A DNA stretch of 57,696 nt from Desulfuromonadales bacterium (GTDB lineage Bacteria; Desulfobacterota; Desulfuromonadia; Desulfuromonadales; JAAXQG01), in contig JAAXQG010000299.1 in assembly GCA_012974445.1 (NCBI GenBank), positions 1 to 57,696 of the forward strand, in the 5' to 3' direction. The first letter of the stretch is position 1. Every line of letters starts with the position of its first letter. This document shows positions 17,570 through 26,540 of the stretch, piece after piece. A model generated the notes under the pieces. It was not told the origin of the DNA. It searched no databases and saw nothing but the letters and a program-made list of their open reading frames with translations. Position numbers and translations under genes: made by a program.

Positions 17570-18567
17570 AGAAAACACCTCCTCATGACAAGATGGGACT
17601 AAATATCCGACCATGACTTCTAGGCCCCGAAGCCACCACGACTAGGTCAGGTCAAACGATAAAACAGCAATATCAATAGCGCCTGATTGTCGTGATCGGT
17701 CGCGCTAATTCATTTGTCATCATTTTCAACTTCGACAATGTCCTCCCTGCAGTTTTCTGGGATTGCCGCAATAGTGCCTACGTCCTGCCAGCCTAACGCC
17801 CACTAAGCGCTGACAACAGACAATCCATCCCTGAACTCAGCATGGGGCCGGCTGCAAACTTGTCCGCCCCCTGCGGCCTTCACTCATCAATTCCCCCCAA
17901 AGTTTTTCCCAACAATATTAATTTCTGAACCACTACCAATCCATCTATACTCAACGCTTACGTTCAGGTCAAGTATTTTTATAACGATATTATATTTACA
18001 TCGCAAGTCATGGGTCAGCGTGTATCCATAGCGACAAGATCCGACGCTGCCATGTCATAATCTTACGACCTTCACTCCAAGGATCTGTGCCGTAAAATGA
18101 AAACATTCCGAACCTGAAAGGGCTGAGCCTGATACCGCTTCTAAAAAACAACGTCAACAAGCCGTCATCAAACCCCCGCTATACGCAAAACCCATCCGCC
18201 TCCGGTGCCCCCCCCCGGACATCGGAACAATTAACCAGACAGTGACTAAAAATTATGAATCAATACCTGATTAAAGGCGAGGTATTAATACAGACACCCA
18301 ATGAATAATTAATTATGCAATTAGCAGTGTTGATTTCTGCGGGCAATAAACGTAACTTGAGGCAGAAAATGGTAAACGCCACCTAATTCCAGACCCATCG
18401 GCTGCGCTCGCCTCAACTTCCGCCCAGACAACCACCGGAGCTGACAATTAACTAAAGAAATGCATGTCGCTCATCCAGACGAAGAGAACCTACCTAAATT
18501 AATCATTTCAAAAAAAATCCTCATCGCAACTTTTCCTTTAGAATTCCCTTCATACCCCATCCAACCA

Positions 18568-18596
18568 TTGAAAACTTCCTGACAAAAGCCTATGAT
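18568..18596 (+). promoter_or_regulatory. sigma70-type promoter for the 246-aa gene / deaD
   Basis: TTGAAA (18568-18573), a 17-nt spacer, then TATGAT (18591-18596), about 40 nt upstream of the ATG at 18636. Confidence 0.5.
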
Positions 18597-18635
18597 GTGC
18601 GATTACCGTAAACAACGACTGCTGGAGCCCGTTGC

Positions 18636-19376
18636 ATGATCCACTTTTCGTGGAGAGTCTACACCTTTCTCTTCCTCATCGCCCTGTCGGCGGCCCTGAT
18701 GGGACTGCATTACTCCATTTTCCACAATGCCAAAGACCTGCTCTTCAACCTGGCGTTGAACATCGTGTTCATCCCCATTCAGGTCCTGCTGGTTTCGATG
18801 ATTATCGAGAAGGTCCTGGATGTCCGGGAGAAGCGCTCGATGATGAAGAAGCTCAATATGGTGGTGGGCACTTTTTTCAGCGAAACAGGTACAGGCTTGG
18901 TGCGCCTTATTGACCATTTCTGCGTCGACCGCGATCAACTGGAAGAGAAATTGGCTATCCAGTCCGACTGGGATGGGAAAAAATTCCGAGATGCGATAAA
19001 GTTTGTCCGGTCGCGCCATCTGATGGTTGAACCACAGCGCTCCCAACTGGTGGAGCTTCGTGACTTTCTGCTGTCCAAGCGCCCTTTCGTGATGGGGTTG
19101 CTGCAGAACCCGAATCTGCTGGCACACGACCGCTTTACTGATCTTCTCTGGGCCCTGTGCCATCTGACAGAAGAACTTGCGGCGCGCGACGATCTCGACG
19201 CCATCCCGGACAGCGACCTGGATCATCTTTGCGGAGACATTGTACGCTGCTACGATCTACTGGTGATAGAATGGCTGAATTACACCCAGCACCTGCAGAA
19301 GGATTATCCCTACATCTACTCCTTAACGGTTAGAACCAACCCGTTCATTTCGGGCTCAAGCGCTCTGGTTTACTAA
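18636..19376 (+). CDS. hypothetical membrane protein (two N-terminal TM helices plus a helical cytoplasmic domain)
   Basis: ATG with GGAG 9 nt upstream. I recognise no family. The gene ends 37-91 nt before deaD. Confidence 0.6.
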   Translation: MIHFSWRVYTFLFLIALSAALMGLHYSIFHNAKDLLFNLALNIVFIPIQVLLVSMIIEKVLDVREKRSMMKKLNMVVGTFFSETGTGLVRLIDHFCVDRDQLEEKLAIQSDWDGKKFRDAIKFVRSRHLMVEPQRSQLVELRDFLLSKRPFVMGLLQNPNLLAHDRFTDLLWALCHLTEELAARDDLDAIPDSDLDHLCGDIVRCYDLLVIEWLNYTQHLQKDYPYIYSLTVRTNPFISGSSALVY

Positions 19377-19413
19377 AGAGAAATCCAGTCCTCGCAGACG
19401 CCGCAAGTCACAG

Positions 19414-21237
19414 ATGCTCCATAGAATGCGGCGCTTCTTTTTTACCTCTTATTTGAAAAGACCCTCCATGACAGACGAAATCGCAGAAAAACAAGTGACC
19501 AGTTTTCAAGACCTCGGTCTTTCTGCCCCGATGCTCAGAGTCATCAACGAAGTTGGTTACGAGACCCCCTCTCCAATTCAGGAGCGCAGCATTCCGCCCC
19601 TGCTTGAAGGACGAGACCTGTTGGGGCAGGCCCAGACCGGAACAGGCAAGACTGCGGCCTTCGCTCTTCCCTTGCTATCCCGTCTCGACCCTAAACAGAA
19701 ATCACCCCAGATCCTGGTGCTGACTCCGACCCGGGAGCTGGCCCTGCAGGTTGCAGAGTCCATGCAGACCTACTCGAGGTACCTGCCAGGCTTCCAGGTT
19801 CTGCCGGTTTATGGCGGCCAGAACATGGTTCAGCAGCTCAAGCAGCTGGCTCGCGGAGTTCAGGCGATTGTGGGTACACCGGGACGTATTCAAGACCATT
19901 TGCGCCGAGGAACACTTCGCCTGGACGAGCTGCGCTGCGTGGTGGTGGACGAAGCCGATGAGATGCTCAAGATGGGCTTCATCGACGATGTAGAGCAAAT
20001 TCTGCAGCACGCTCCGCCTGAGCGGCAGGTGGCTCTCTTCTCGGCGACCATGCCCACTGAGGTACTCAAGGTGGCCCGACGTCACCTGAAAGACCCCGTA
20101 GAGATCCGGATCAAGAACAAGACCTCGACGGTGGATACAATCAGCCAGCGGTTCTGGCAGGTCAAGGGGATGCACAAGCTCGATGCGCTGACCCGCATCC
20201 TGGAGGCGGAGGAGATCGAGGCGATGATCGTCTTCGTGCGCACCAAGCTGGCCACCGTTGAGCTCTCGGAGAAACTTGAGGCTAGAGGATTCTCCAGCGC
20301 AGCGCTCAATGGGGATATGACCCAGGCGCTACGGGAGAAAGCCGTTGAACGACTCAAGAACGGTTCTCTCGACATCGTTGTCGCCACTGACGTTGCGGCT
20401 CGGGGCTTGGATGTAAAGCGCATCAGTCACGTGGTGAACTACGATATCCCCTACGACACCGAATCCTACATCCACCGCATCGGCCGCACTGGGCGGGCCG
20501 GTCGCGAAGGCAAGGCGATCCTCTTCGTAGCTCCCCGGGAGCGCCGGATGCTGGGCGCCATCGAACAGGCCACGCGCCAAACCATCACCCAGATGAGCCT
20601 TCCGACCCGCAAGGACATCACCAACCGCCGTATCGGCCTGTTCAAGGAGCAGATCTCCGAGACCCTTGAGTCGCAGGATCTGGAATTTTTCGAAGAGTTG
20701 ATCGACGGATTTCAGACCGAGCACGAGGCAGGACATCGCAGAATCGCGGCGGCCCTGGCCTACCTGCTCCAAAAAGAGCGTCCACTACAAAATGACGATT
20801 CAGTTCCTGATGAGCCTGTTCAGTCCTTTGACTCGCGTCCCGCCGGTCGCGACCGTAATCGCAGCCAGGGCGAGGAGGGCAAATTACGTTACCGTCTCGA
20901 GGTAGGACGGGTTCACGGCGTACAACCGGGGAACATCGTCGGAGCAATCAGCAACGAGGCAAACATCCGGGGCAAGGAGATCGGTCAGATCAGTATTTTC
21001 CACGACTACACCCTGGTGGACCTCCCTGACAGCCTTCCAGCTGATGCCCTGGCCAAGCTTCAGGGCACTCATGTCTGTGGGCAACGCCTGCAGCCAAGCA
21101 TGGCTGGCGAAGGATCCTCTGAACCCATGCGCCCGAGCTTCCACAAAAAAGGAACATCCAGGGGCCAGGGTCGTCCCCCCATGAGCAAGGGGCCCAAAAA
21201 GCCTTTCACTCGCAAGGGACCCAAGACTCAGGGCTGA
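19414..21237 (+). CDS. deaD: DEAD-box ATP-dependent RNA helicase (DeaD/CsdA type with DbpA-like C-terminal domain and basic tail)
   Basis: Q-motif FQDLGL...PSPIQ, AQTGTGKT, DEAD (VVDEADEM), SAT, HRIGRTGRAG. The true start may be ATG 19468 (MTDEIAEK). Confidence 0.9.
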   Translation: MLHRMRRFFFTSYLKRPSMTDEIAEKQVTSFQDLGLSAPMLRVINEVGYETPSPIQERSIPPLLEGRDLLGQAQTGTGKTAAFALPLLSRLDPKQKSPQILVLTPTRELALQVAESMQTYSRYLPGFQVLPVYGGQNMVQQLKQLARGVQAIVGTPGRIQDHLRRGTLRLDELRCVVVDEADEMLKMGFIDDVEQILQHAPPERQVALFSATMPTEVLKVARRHLKDPVEIRIKNKTSTVDTISQRFWQVKGMHKLDALTRILEAEEIEAMIVFVRTKLATVELSEKLEARGFSSAALNGDMTQALREKAVERLKNGSLDIVVATDVAARGLDVKRISHVVNYDIPYDTESYIHRIGRTGRAGREGKAILFVAPRERRMLGAIEQATRQTITQMSLPTRKDITNRRIGLFKEQISETLESQDLEFFEELIDGFQTEHEAGHRRIAAALAYLLQKERPLQNDDSVPDEPVQSFDSRPAGRDRNRSQGEEGKLRYRLEVGRVHGVQPGNIVGAISNEANIRGKEIGQISIFHDYTLVDLPDSLPADALAKLQGTHVCGQRLQPSMAGEGSSEPMRPSFHKKGTSRGQGRPPMSKGPKKPFTRKGPKTQG

Positions 21238-21272
21238 TTCGAAGCCCTGGCCCATAAATCTCGAACGACAAA

Positions 21273-21320
21273 GGGCGAATGCCTCCTTAAAAGTGGAGAC
21301 ATTCGCCCTTCTCTTTTGTT
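21273..21320 (+). terminator. rho-independent terminator after deaD
   Basis: 14-bp stem gggcgaatgcctcc / ggagacattcgccc with 1 mismatch and an 8-nt loop, followed by ttctcttttgtt. Confidence 0.75.
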
Positions 21321-21332
21321 GCGCCCCCCCCC

Positions 21333-21869
21333 TTAACCTTGGAGGTTGAGCAAATCGGCCTCCAGAGTCCTGTCGCCTGTACAGAGGAAGATGCGCCCTT
21401 CCATCAAGGTGAGAACCCAGTCCATATTTCTCTCGGTGAGTTGGGCCAGGGTTTTGATAAAATCAAAATCAAGCCCGTAGACACTCAGGTTCTCCAGCTG
21501 TTGAAGGCGATCCATATTCTGGTCGACCCAGCGCCGCAAAGTGGGGCCGAAGGCGTAAAGCACGACCCGCTCACTGTGGCGCGACGCCTTCACCAGACGC
21601 TCGGGATCGGGAAGCCCCACCTCTACCCAAAGCGAAACCCGGTCATCAGGGGTCTTCACCCAGACATCGGCCTCTTCGACATGGGAAACTCCTCGACCAA
21701 AAGTCATCCCCTCCTCATAGCTCAGAGCGTAGGCAATAAGCCGCCCCACCATTCGCTCAGCGGTCTCGGAAGGGTGACGTGCCAGAGTCGTGCTGAACTG
21801 GGCGTAATGATTGCGATCAACATTGGAGAGGTTGACGCTGGCGCGGTGTATGGACGCAGATTTTGCCAT
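21333..21869 (-). CDS. yaeQ: YaeQ family protein
   Basis: MAKSASIHRASVNLSNVDRNHYAQFSTTLARHPSETAERMVGRLIAYAL matches the YaeQ N-terminus. Start trimmed from 21917 to ATG at 21869. Confidence 0.85.
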   Translation of the reverse strand: MAKSASIHRASVNLSNVDRNHYAQFSTTLARHPSETAERMVGRLIAYALSYEEGMTFGRGVSHVEEADVWVKTPDDRVSLWVEVGLPDPERLVKASRHSERVVLYAFGPTLRRWVDQNMDRLQQLENLSVYGLDFDFIKTLAQLTERNMDWVLTLMEGRIFLCTGDRTLEADLLNLQG

Positions 21870-21918
21870 GATGCTGTTTCCTTGCAGAGAAATCGTATCG
21901 ATTAAATGGGCGAACAAC

Positions 21919-21956
21919 GAAAAAGCGGGGCGCTTTCGTTAGCAAAAGCGCCCCGC
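21919..21956 (-). terminator. rho-independent terminator after the phosphohexomutase gene
   Basis: Perfect 12-bp stem gcggggcgcttt (21925-21936) / aaagcgccccgc (21945-21956), followed on the minus strand by UUUUU. Confidence 0.75.
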
Positions 21957-21981
21957 ATAACCATGACACGAATCTCCTGGC

Positions 21982-23400
21982 TCAGCCTAGAAGAAAGGCC
22001 CTTCCGGCGGCCATTAGTTCATCCAGCACCCCGGGGGTGGAGGCCTCACCGTAGAGGCGAACCACCGGCTCGGTCCCGGACTTGCGAAAGAGCAACCAGC
22101 TGCCATCGTCAAAACAGTACTTGTTCCCGTCAATGGTCACCACCTTGTCAATGGGGCGGCCGGCGATCTGGCTGGGCGGACTGGCCAGTTTATCGCTGAG
22201 CGCAGCCTCCAGCGTCGGTGTGAGACGAATACTGTCCCTGCGGGCATAAAAGGCTCCGACCCGACCATAGAGCTCCTGAAGCAGAACTTTGAGCGACTTG
22301 CCCTCGACGGCCACCATCTCGGCCACCAGCAGGCAGGCCAGAATACCGTCCTTGTCGGGTACATGCCCCCGCACCGTGAGACCAGCGCTCTCTTCGCCGC
22401 CGATGACAATTCTGTCCTCGATAATGTACTCCCCGATAAATTTGAAACCAACGGGAGTCTCCAGTACCTCTTCGCCATGGTAACGGGCAACGGCGTCGAT
22501 GAAATGGGAAGTGGCCACGGAGCGGCTGGCCGGTCCCCGCTGCCCCTTGACCCGAATGAGATAGTCATAGAGCATTGCCAGTATATAGTTAGGCTCAATG
22601 TAGCTTCCATCGGAATCAAGAATGCCATACCGGTCGGCGTCGCCATCGGTAGCAAGCCCCAGCAGGAAGTCCCCTTCGGCAACCAGAGAGATGAAATCCT
22701 GGATGTTTGCCTCCGCAGGCTCGGGAGGGAAGCCACCAAAATAGGGATCGGGATGATCGTTAATGCAGATCGTCTCGATGCCGTTGCGACGCAAAAGCTC
22801 ATCCACATACCCCCGTCCCGTACCATAGAGAGGATTGTAGGCTAGCTTTTTCCCGGTGCGGGCAATCGCGGCAAAATCAATGAGATCGCTGACGCGACGG
22901 AAGTAGTCCTCCCGCGGATCGATCTCCTCAACCAGCCCCTGCTCCAACGCCTGATCAAAGGGCAGCTCAGCGTAGCTACGCTCCCCCATCAGTGCATTGG
23001 AGCGATTTTCTATATCGCGAGTTGTATCCGGAAGAGCAGGCCCCGCGGAGGACGGGGAAAATTTGAGGCCGTTATATTCACAAGGGTTGTGACTTGCGGT
23101 GAAATTAATCGCCCCTGCGGCCTTGCGGCGCTGAATCTCGTGGGCAATGACGGGGGTAGGCGTATCACGCTGACAGAGAAAGCTGGGGATCTGACTGGCT
23201 GCCAGTACCGAAGCCGAAACCTGAGCAAAACGTTTACCCATGAATCGTGCGTCGTACCCAAGAACAATCCCTTGCGCCCCTTCATCTTGAGCTCGGAGAT
23301 GATCGGCAATGGCCTGAGTGACTACTTTGACATTTTCAAAGGTGAAATCCTCACAGAGAATTCCACGCCAGCCCGAGGTACCAAAGGCAATGTGCGACAT
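21982..23400 (-). CDS. phosphoglucomutase/phosphomannomutase family protein
   Basis: GTSGWRG N-terminus; phosphoserine loop FTASHNP; metal loop TDGDADR; GGEESAG. Confidence 0.85.
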   Translation of the reverse strand: MSHIAFGTSGWRGILCEDFTFENVKVVTQAIADHLRAQDEGAQGIVLGYDARFMGKRFAQVSASVLAASQIPSFLCQRDTPTPVIAHEIQRRKAAGAINFTASHNPCEYNGLKFSPSSAGPALPDTTRDIENRSNALMGERSYAELPFDQALEQGLVEEIDPREDYFRRVSDLIDFAAIARTGKKLAYNPLYGTGRGYVDELLRRNGIETICINDHPDPYFGGFPPEPAEANIQDFISLVAEGDFLLGLATDGDADRYGILDSDGSYIEPNYILAMLYDYLIRVKGQRGPASRSVATSHFIDAVARYHGEEVLETPVGFKFIGEYIIEDRIVIGGEESAGLTVRGHVPDKDGILACLLVAEMVAVEGKSLKVLLQELYGRVGAFYARRDSIRLTPTLEAALSDKLASPPSQIAGRPIDKVVTIDGNKYCFDDGSWLLFRKSGTEPVVRLYGEASTPGVLDELMAAGRAFLLG

Positions 23401-23421
23401 GCGGCAAACCTCCCTAGATAG

Positions 23422-23442
23422 ATATTACTGTTCACTGAACAG
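23422..23442 (-). promoter_or_regulatory. candidate -10 box with an abutting 15-nt palindrome (possible operator) upstream of the phosphohexomutase gene
   Basis: Minus strand reads CTGTTCAGTGAACAG (23442-23428, 7+1+7 palindrome), immediately followed by TAATAT (23427-23422), then GGGAGG and the ATG at 23400. Confidence 0.3.
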
Positions 23443-23529
23443 GTGAAAAAATCATGAAAAATATTTGTGTTAATATACACCATTGATTCTGGATTTTGAG
23501 GAAAAATCATCCCTCTTTTCCATAGCCAG

Positions 23530-23835
23530 TCACTCCTGCTCCTCGTCATATTCAAAAGGCACGGGACCGAGGTGTGGCGCAACGTAACCGGGGATACCCA
23601 CTACATAGGCACAGTGCGCCGGAAGAATCCCCCGGCTGATGATTTCGCCACAGATGGGCACGCAACCTTCCTTGAGGCGCGACCTGCTGTCGTAGATACG
23701 GCAGAGGCGCGATCCCAACACCAAGTGGGGGCAAGGATCATCGGTGTAATAAATCTCCCCTTCAACTTCTATTTTTTCAAAACAACAGCTGCCACAGCGG
23801 TGACAGCGGGAATCCCAATCACTTTCTTCGCTCAT
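23530..23835 (-). CDS. YkgJ-family cysteine-cluster protein
   Basis: CHRCGSCCFEK...CPHL...CRIY pattern (CxxCxxCC). Start trimmed to ATG at 23835 (MSEESDW). Confidence 0.7.
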   Translation of the reverse strand: MSEESDWDSRCHRCGSCCFEKIEVEGEIYYTDDPCPHLVLGSRLCRIYDSRSRLKEGCVPICGEIISRGILPAHCAYVVGIPGYVAPHLGPVPFEYDEEQE

Positions 23836-23886
23836 CTCATATCCTGGTATCTTGTATTTCTTCCATCTGTATCCGGCAATTTGCCA

Positions 23887-23916
23887 TTGACTTCTGCGGG
23901 GCAAGGCCGTTAATAT
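23887..23916 (+). promoter_or_regulatory. sigma70-type promoter for the PxxKW gene
   Basis: TTGACT (23887-23892), an 18-nt spacer, then TAATAT (23911-23916). Confidence 0.5.
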
Positions 23917-23969
23917 GCCATTTCTGATTCGATCAGTGAAACACGATATACAGAAGGAGACAATCATCA

Positions 23970-24260
23970 ATGCAGTGCCAAACCGTCCGTCCCGGTACCG
24001 AGTGTACCTTTTGGTCTAAAGCCGGCTGTAACTTTGAAAGTGCAACCTGCCAGAACGTCATCGAAGCCTGTGAAGGCTGTGAGCGTATCATCGACAGCAC
24101 CATCGGTACTGTTTGTGAGGTCTACCCCGCTCCTATGAAAAAATGGCTCGGCGGTCTTTGCAACTTCGCTACGCACCAGAAAGTTGAGATCAAGCTCGAC
24201 GACCTCAAGGTCAACCCTCTCAAGGCCTCCAAGCGGGCTGCTGCTGCCAAGAAGAAGTAA
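23970..24260 (+). CDS. PxxKW-family cysteine-rich small protein
   Basis: 96 aa with 8 Cys and the motif YPAPMKKW, plus a Lys/Ala-rich tail. RBS GAAGGAG 8 nt upstream. Confidence 0.7.
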   Translation: MQCQTVRPGTECTFWSKAGCNFESATCQNVIEACEGCERIIDSTIGTVCEVYPAPMKKWLGGLCNFATHQKVEIKLDDLKVNPLKASKRAAAAKKK

Positions 24261-24286
24261 TTCACTTCCTGATTGCGGTAAAAGAC

Positions 24287-24322
24287 AAAAAAGGCAGTCT
24301 CTTTTCGAGGCTGCCTTTTTTT
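24287..24322. terminator. bidirectional rho-independent terminator (PxxKW gene on + / lrgB on -)
   Basis: Stem ggcagtctc (24293-24301) / gaggctgcc (24307-24315) with 1 mismatch, flanked by an A-run (24287-24292) and a T-run (24316-24322). Confidence 0.7.
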
Positions 24323-24341
24323 AATCCGAAAGACAAAAGAC

Positions 24342-25037
24342 TCAGCCAAAGAAACCAAAGAACAGGGAAATCATCGCCGCAGTCAACATGCCGTTGAGCC
24401 CTATGGCCAAGCCCGAAAGTGCCCCGCCCAACCGATCCACTTCCAGCATCCTGGCCGTGCCGATACCGTGGGCCGCCGTTCCCATGGCGATCCCCATGGA
24501 AACAGGGTCCACAATTCCCACCCTACGACAGAACTCGGGACCACAAACCGCCCCGAGGCAGCCGGTCAGAACCACTATGGCAGCCGCCAGCGGAGCAATG
24601 CCTCCGATGGACTCGACAATACCTATAGCGATAGGAGCCGTCACGGACTTGGGCGCCACGCTCAGCACCAGCTCGCGGCTACCCCCCAGAATCCAGACCA
24701 GAGATGTGGCAGTAACTATCGAGGTGATACCGCCGCTGGCGACACCGGCTACAATGGGAAGCTTGTATTTGAGTATCTCCTGACGTCTCTCATAGAGAGG
24801 AACCGCCAGGGCAACCACGGCAGGACCCAATAGAAAGAGGATCAGATCTCCCCCCAGAGCATAACTCTGAAAGGGTATATCCAGCGCGAGAAGAAACAGG
24901 ATAATCCCCCCGATGGACAGAGCCACGGGATTGAGCAACACATGACGAAATCGCCCATACAGAACCTGCGCCAGAGTATAGACGCCAAGGGTCAGGGTGA
25001 TTCCAAAAAGCGGGGAGTCGACCAATGAATCAATCAT
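24342..25037 (-). CDS. lrgB: LrgB/CidB family membrane protein
   Basis: 231-aa polytopic membrane protein with LrgB-like sequence (GVASGGITSIVTAT...APKSVTAPIA). Its start overlaps the lrgA stop by 8 nt. Confidence 0.88.
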   Translation of the reverse strand: MIDSLVDSPLFGITLTLGVYTLAQVLYGRFRHVLLNPVALSIGGIILFLLALDIPFQSYALGGDLILFLLGPAVVALAVPLYERRQEILKYKLPIVAGVASGGITSIVTATSLVWILGGSRELVLSVAPKSVTAPIAIGIVESIGGIAPLAAAIVVLTGCLGAVCGPEFCRRVGIVDPVSMGIAMGTAAHGIGTARMLEVDRLGGALSGLAIGLNGMLTAAMISLFFGFFG

Positions 25038-25386
25038 CGCAGGACTCCCCGGATTTCGGTTTCAGGCGCTGAGCGACCTTCCCCGTAACCAGCAGCACGG
25101 CAAAAGTACTCAACACGAGGCTGGCCAGTATGGGCAGCCAGGAAGTCTGGATTATATCGAGATAGACCATAACCCCTACGCCAGCAGGGACAAATAGCAG
25201 GGCGAGGTTGGACAGCAGCAGGTTGGCCGCCTCCTTGACCTGGCCGAGCTGGACCAGTCCCAAACGCAACGCAAAAAGAAGCAGCACCATCCCGGCCACA
25301 TTACCGGGAAGAGAAATGCCACAGAAGCGAACGATCAACTCCCCCAGAAGCAGGCAGAGAAGGAGAATGGCGAACCCGCGAACCAT
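25030..25386 (-). CDS. lrgA: CidA/LrgA holin-like protein
   Basis: 118 aa with 4 TM helices; LLLGELIVRFCGISLPGNVAGMVLLL is typical of LrgA. Confidence 0.85.
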   Translation of the reverse strand: MVRGFAILLLCLLLGELIVRFCGISLPGNVAGMVLLLFALRLGLVQLGQVKEAANLLLSNLALLFVPAGVGVMVYLDIIQTSWLPILASLVLSTFAVLLVTGKVAQRLKPKSGESCDD

Positions 25387-25388
25387 AG

Positions 25389-26180
25389 CTAGTCCTCCAG
25401 ATCAGCCTTGAGCCCCTGAACCACAGCCTCCACCTCGTCCCTGATCTGCTTGGAGTCCGCTGAGGTCTCGAGGCGCAAAAAAGCCTGGAAGTTATTCATG
25501 GCCATCAGGGAATCTTCTTGATCGAGATAGATATTGCCCAGGGTGAGATAGGCGAAAGATAGCTGGGGATCGAGTTCGATAGCTTTCTGGCAGGCCGTTT
25601 CTGCCTCTTCAAGCTCCGCGAGGTCATAGTGAAGCTCAGCAAGACTGTAGTAGGCTTGGGCATCTTCCGGGTCCCGAAGGATCGACTCCTTGAAACACTC
25701 CAGAGCCTTGTCGTTCTGCCCCATAGCGTAATAAACATCACCCTGTGAAATACGGGCAAATGCAGACTCGGGCTCAATCGAAAGCGCCTTGGCGTAAGCC
25801 TCAAGGGCCTGTTCCATTTCCTCCTGATTAAAATGCACCAGTCCTATGCTGACCCAGGCATCGGACTCGTTTTCGTCCAGCTCAAGAATTTTGCGATAGG
25901 TCTCAAGGGCCATGCTGCGCTGAGCCGTCTCAAAATAAAGGTCTCCCAGAGCGTAGAGGGCATCAAGATCCTCAGCGTTCAGGGCCAGTCCTTTTTTGTA
26001 GGAACTGAGAGCTTCCTGGGTTTTCCCCAACTCACTCAGGGCTTCGCCTCTCATAAAATAGACATCGGCCCAGCTCTCATCGATACTGAGAATTTTCTGA
26101 CTTAACTCCAGAGCCTGCTGCGACAATCCATCATCCAGGGCCTTGCGGACATTGGTAATCATCTGTTCAATTTGTTCCAT
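25389..26180 (-). CDS. tetratricopeptide-repeat protein
   Basis: Repeated A..Y.kAleldP.. TPR pattern throughout. Its stop lies 2 nt from the lrgA ATG. Confidence 0.8.
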   Translation of the reverse strand: MEQIEQMITNVRKALDDGLSQQALELSQKILSIDESWADVYFMRGEALSELGKTQEALSSYKKGLALNAEDLDALYALGDLYFETAQRSMALETYRKILELDENESDAWVSIGLVHFNQEEMEQALEAYAKALSIEPESAFARISQGDVYYAMGQNDKALECFKESILRDPEDAQAYYSLAELHYDLAELEEAETACQKAIELDPQLSFAYLTLGNIYLDQEDSLMAMNNFQAFLRLETSADSKQIRDEVEAVVQGLKADLED

Positions 26181-26227
26181 GGTACCTTACCTCATACAGA
26201 GATGACCGACGAAAGCTGATTCGATCA

Positions 26228-26268
26228 GGAAAAGAAATCCCCTGCACGGGAACAATCCGGCAGGGGAT
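26228..26268 (-). terminator. rho-independent terminator after hfq
   Basis: 9-bp stem atcccctgc (26237-26245) / gcaggggat (26260-26268), followed on the minus strand by uucuuuucc. Confidence 0.7.
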
Positions 26269-26297
26269 CTGTGACTTTGGCTATAATGGCAAAGGGG

Positions 26298-26531
26298 TCA
26301 GTCGCGAGCGCCGTGGAGCCTGAAGGAACCATCGGCAGAAGTGACACAGGAGACAGCGTGCTTGTAGAGCAGAAGGTCACCGCTGGACTCAAAGAGAATG
26401 CAGAAGCTGTCAAAGGACTTGATATAGCCTTCGAGCTTCTCACCTGACATCATGGTTACATTGATTTTAACGCGCTCTTTTCTCGCCTGATTCAGGTACT
26501 GATCCTGAATATTGAACGGTGTCTTTGCCAT
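26298..26531 (-). CDS. hfq: RNA chaperone Hfq
   Basis: MAKTPFNIQDQYLNQARKERVKINVTMMSGEKLEGYIKSFDSFCILFESSGDLLLYKHAVS (Sm1/Sm2 motifs). ATG at 26531 has GAGGAG 5 nt upstream; the track start is a GTG lying inside the RBS. Confidence 0.93.
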   Translation of the reverse strand: MAKTPFNIQDQYLNQARKERVKINVTMMSGEKLEGYIKSFDSFCILFESSGDLLLYKHAVSCVTSADGSFRLHGARD

Positions 26532-26540
26532 GATCACTCC

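Noticed and set aside
17570-18635. The 1-kb gap as a long cold-shock-type 5' UTR of deaD (E. coli deaD has a very long leader)
   Set aside because: A near-consensus sigma70 promoter lies only about 40 nt upstream of the first plus-strand gene (18568-18596), so a 1-kb leader is not needed. The gap is kept as an unexplained region instead.
23428-23442. Possible LexA/SOS box
   Set aside because: CTGT-N7-ACAG has the wrong spacing for the E. coli-type box (N8). It does not resemble the GGTT...ACC-type box reported for Geobacter-like bacteria. It is kept only as a generic operator candidate.
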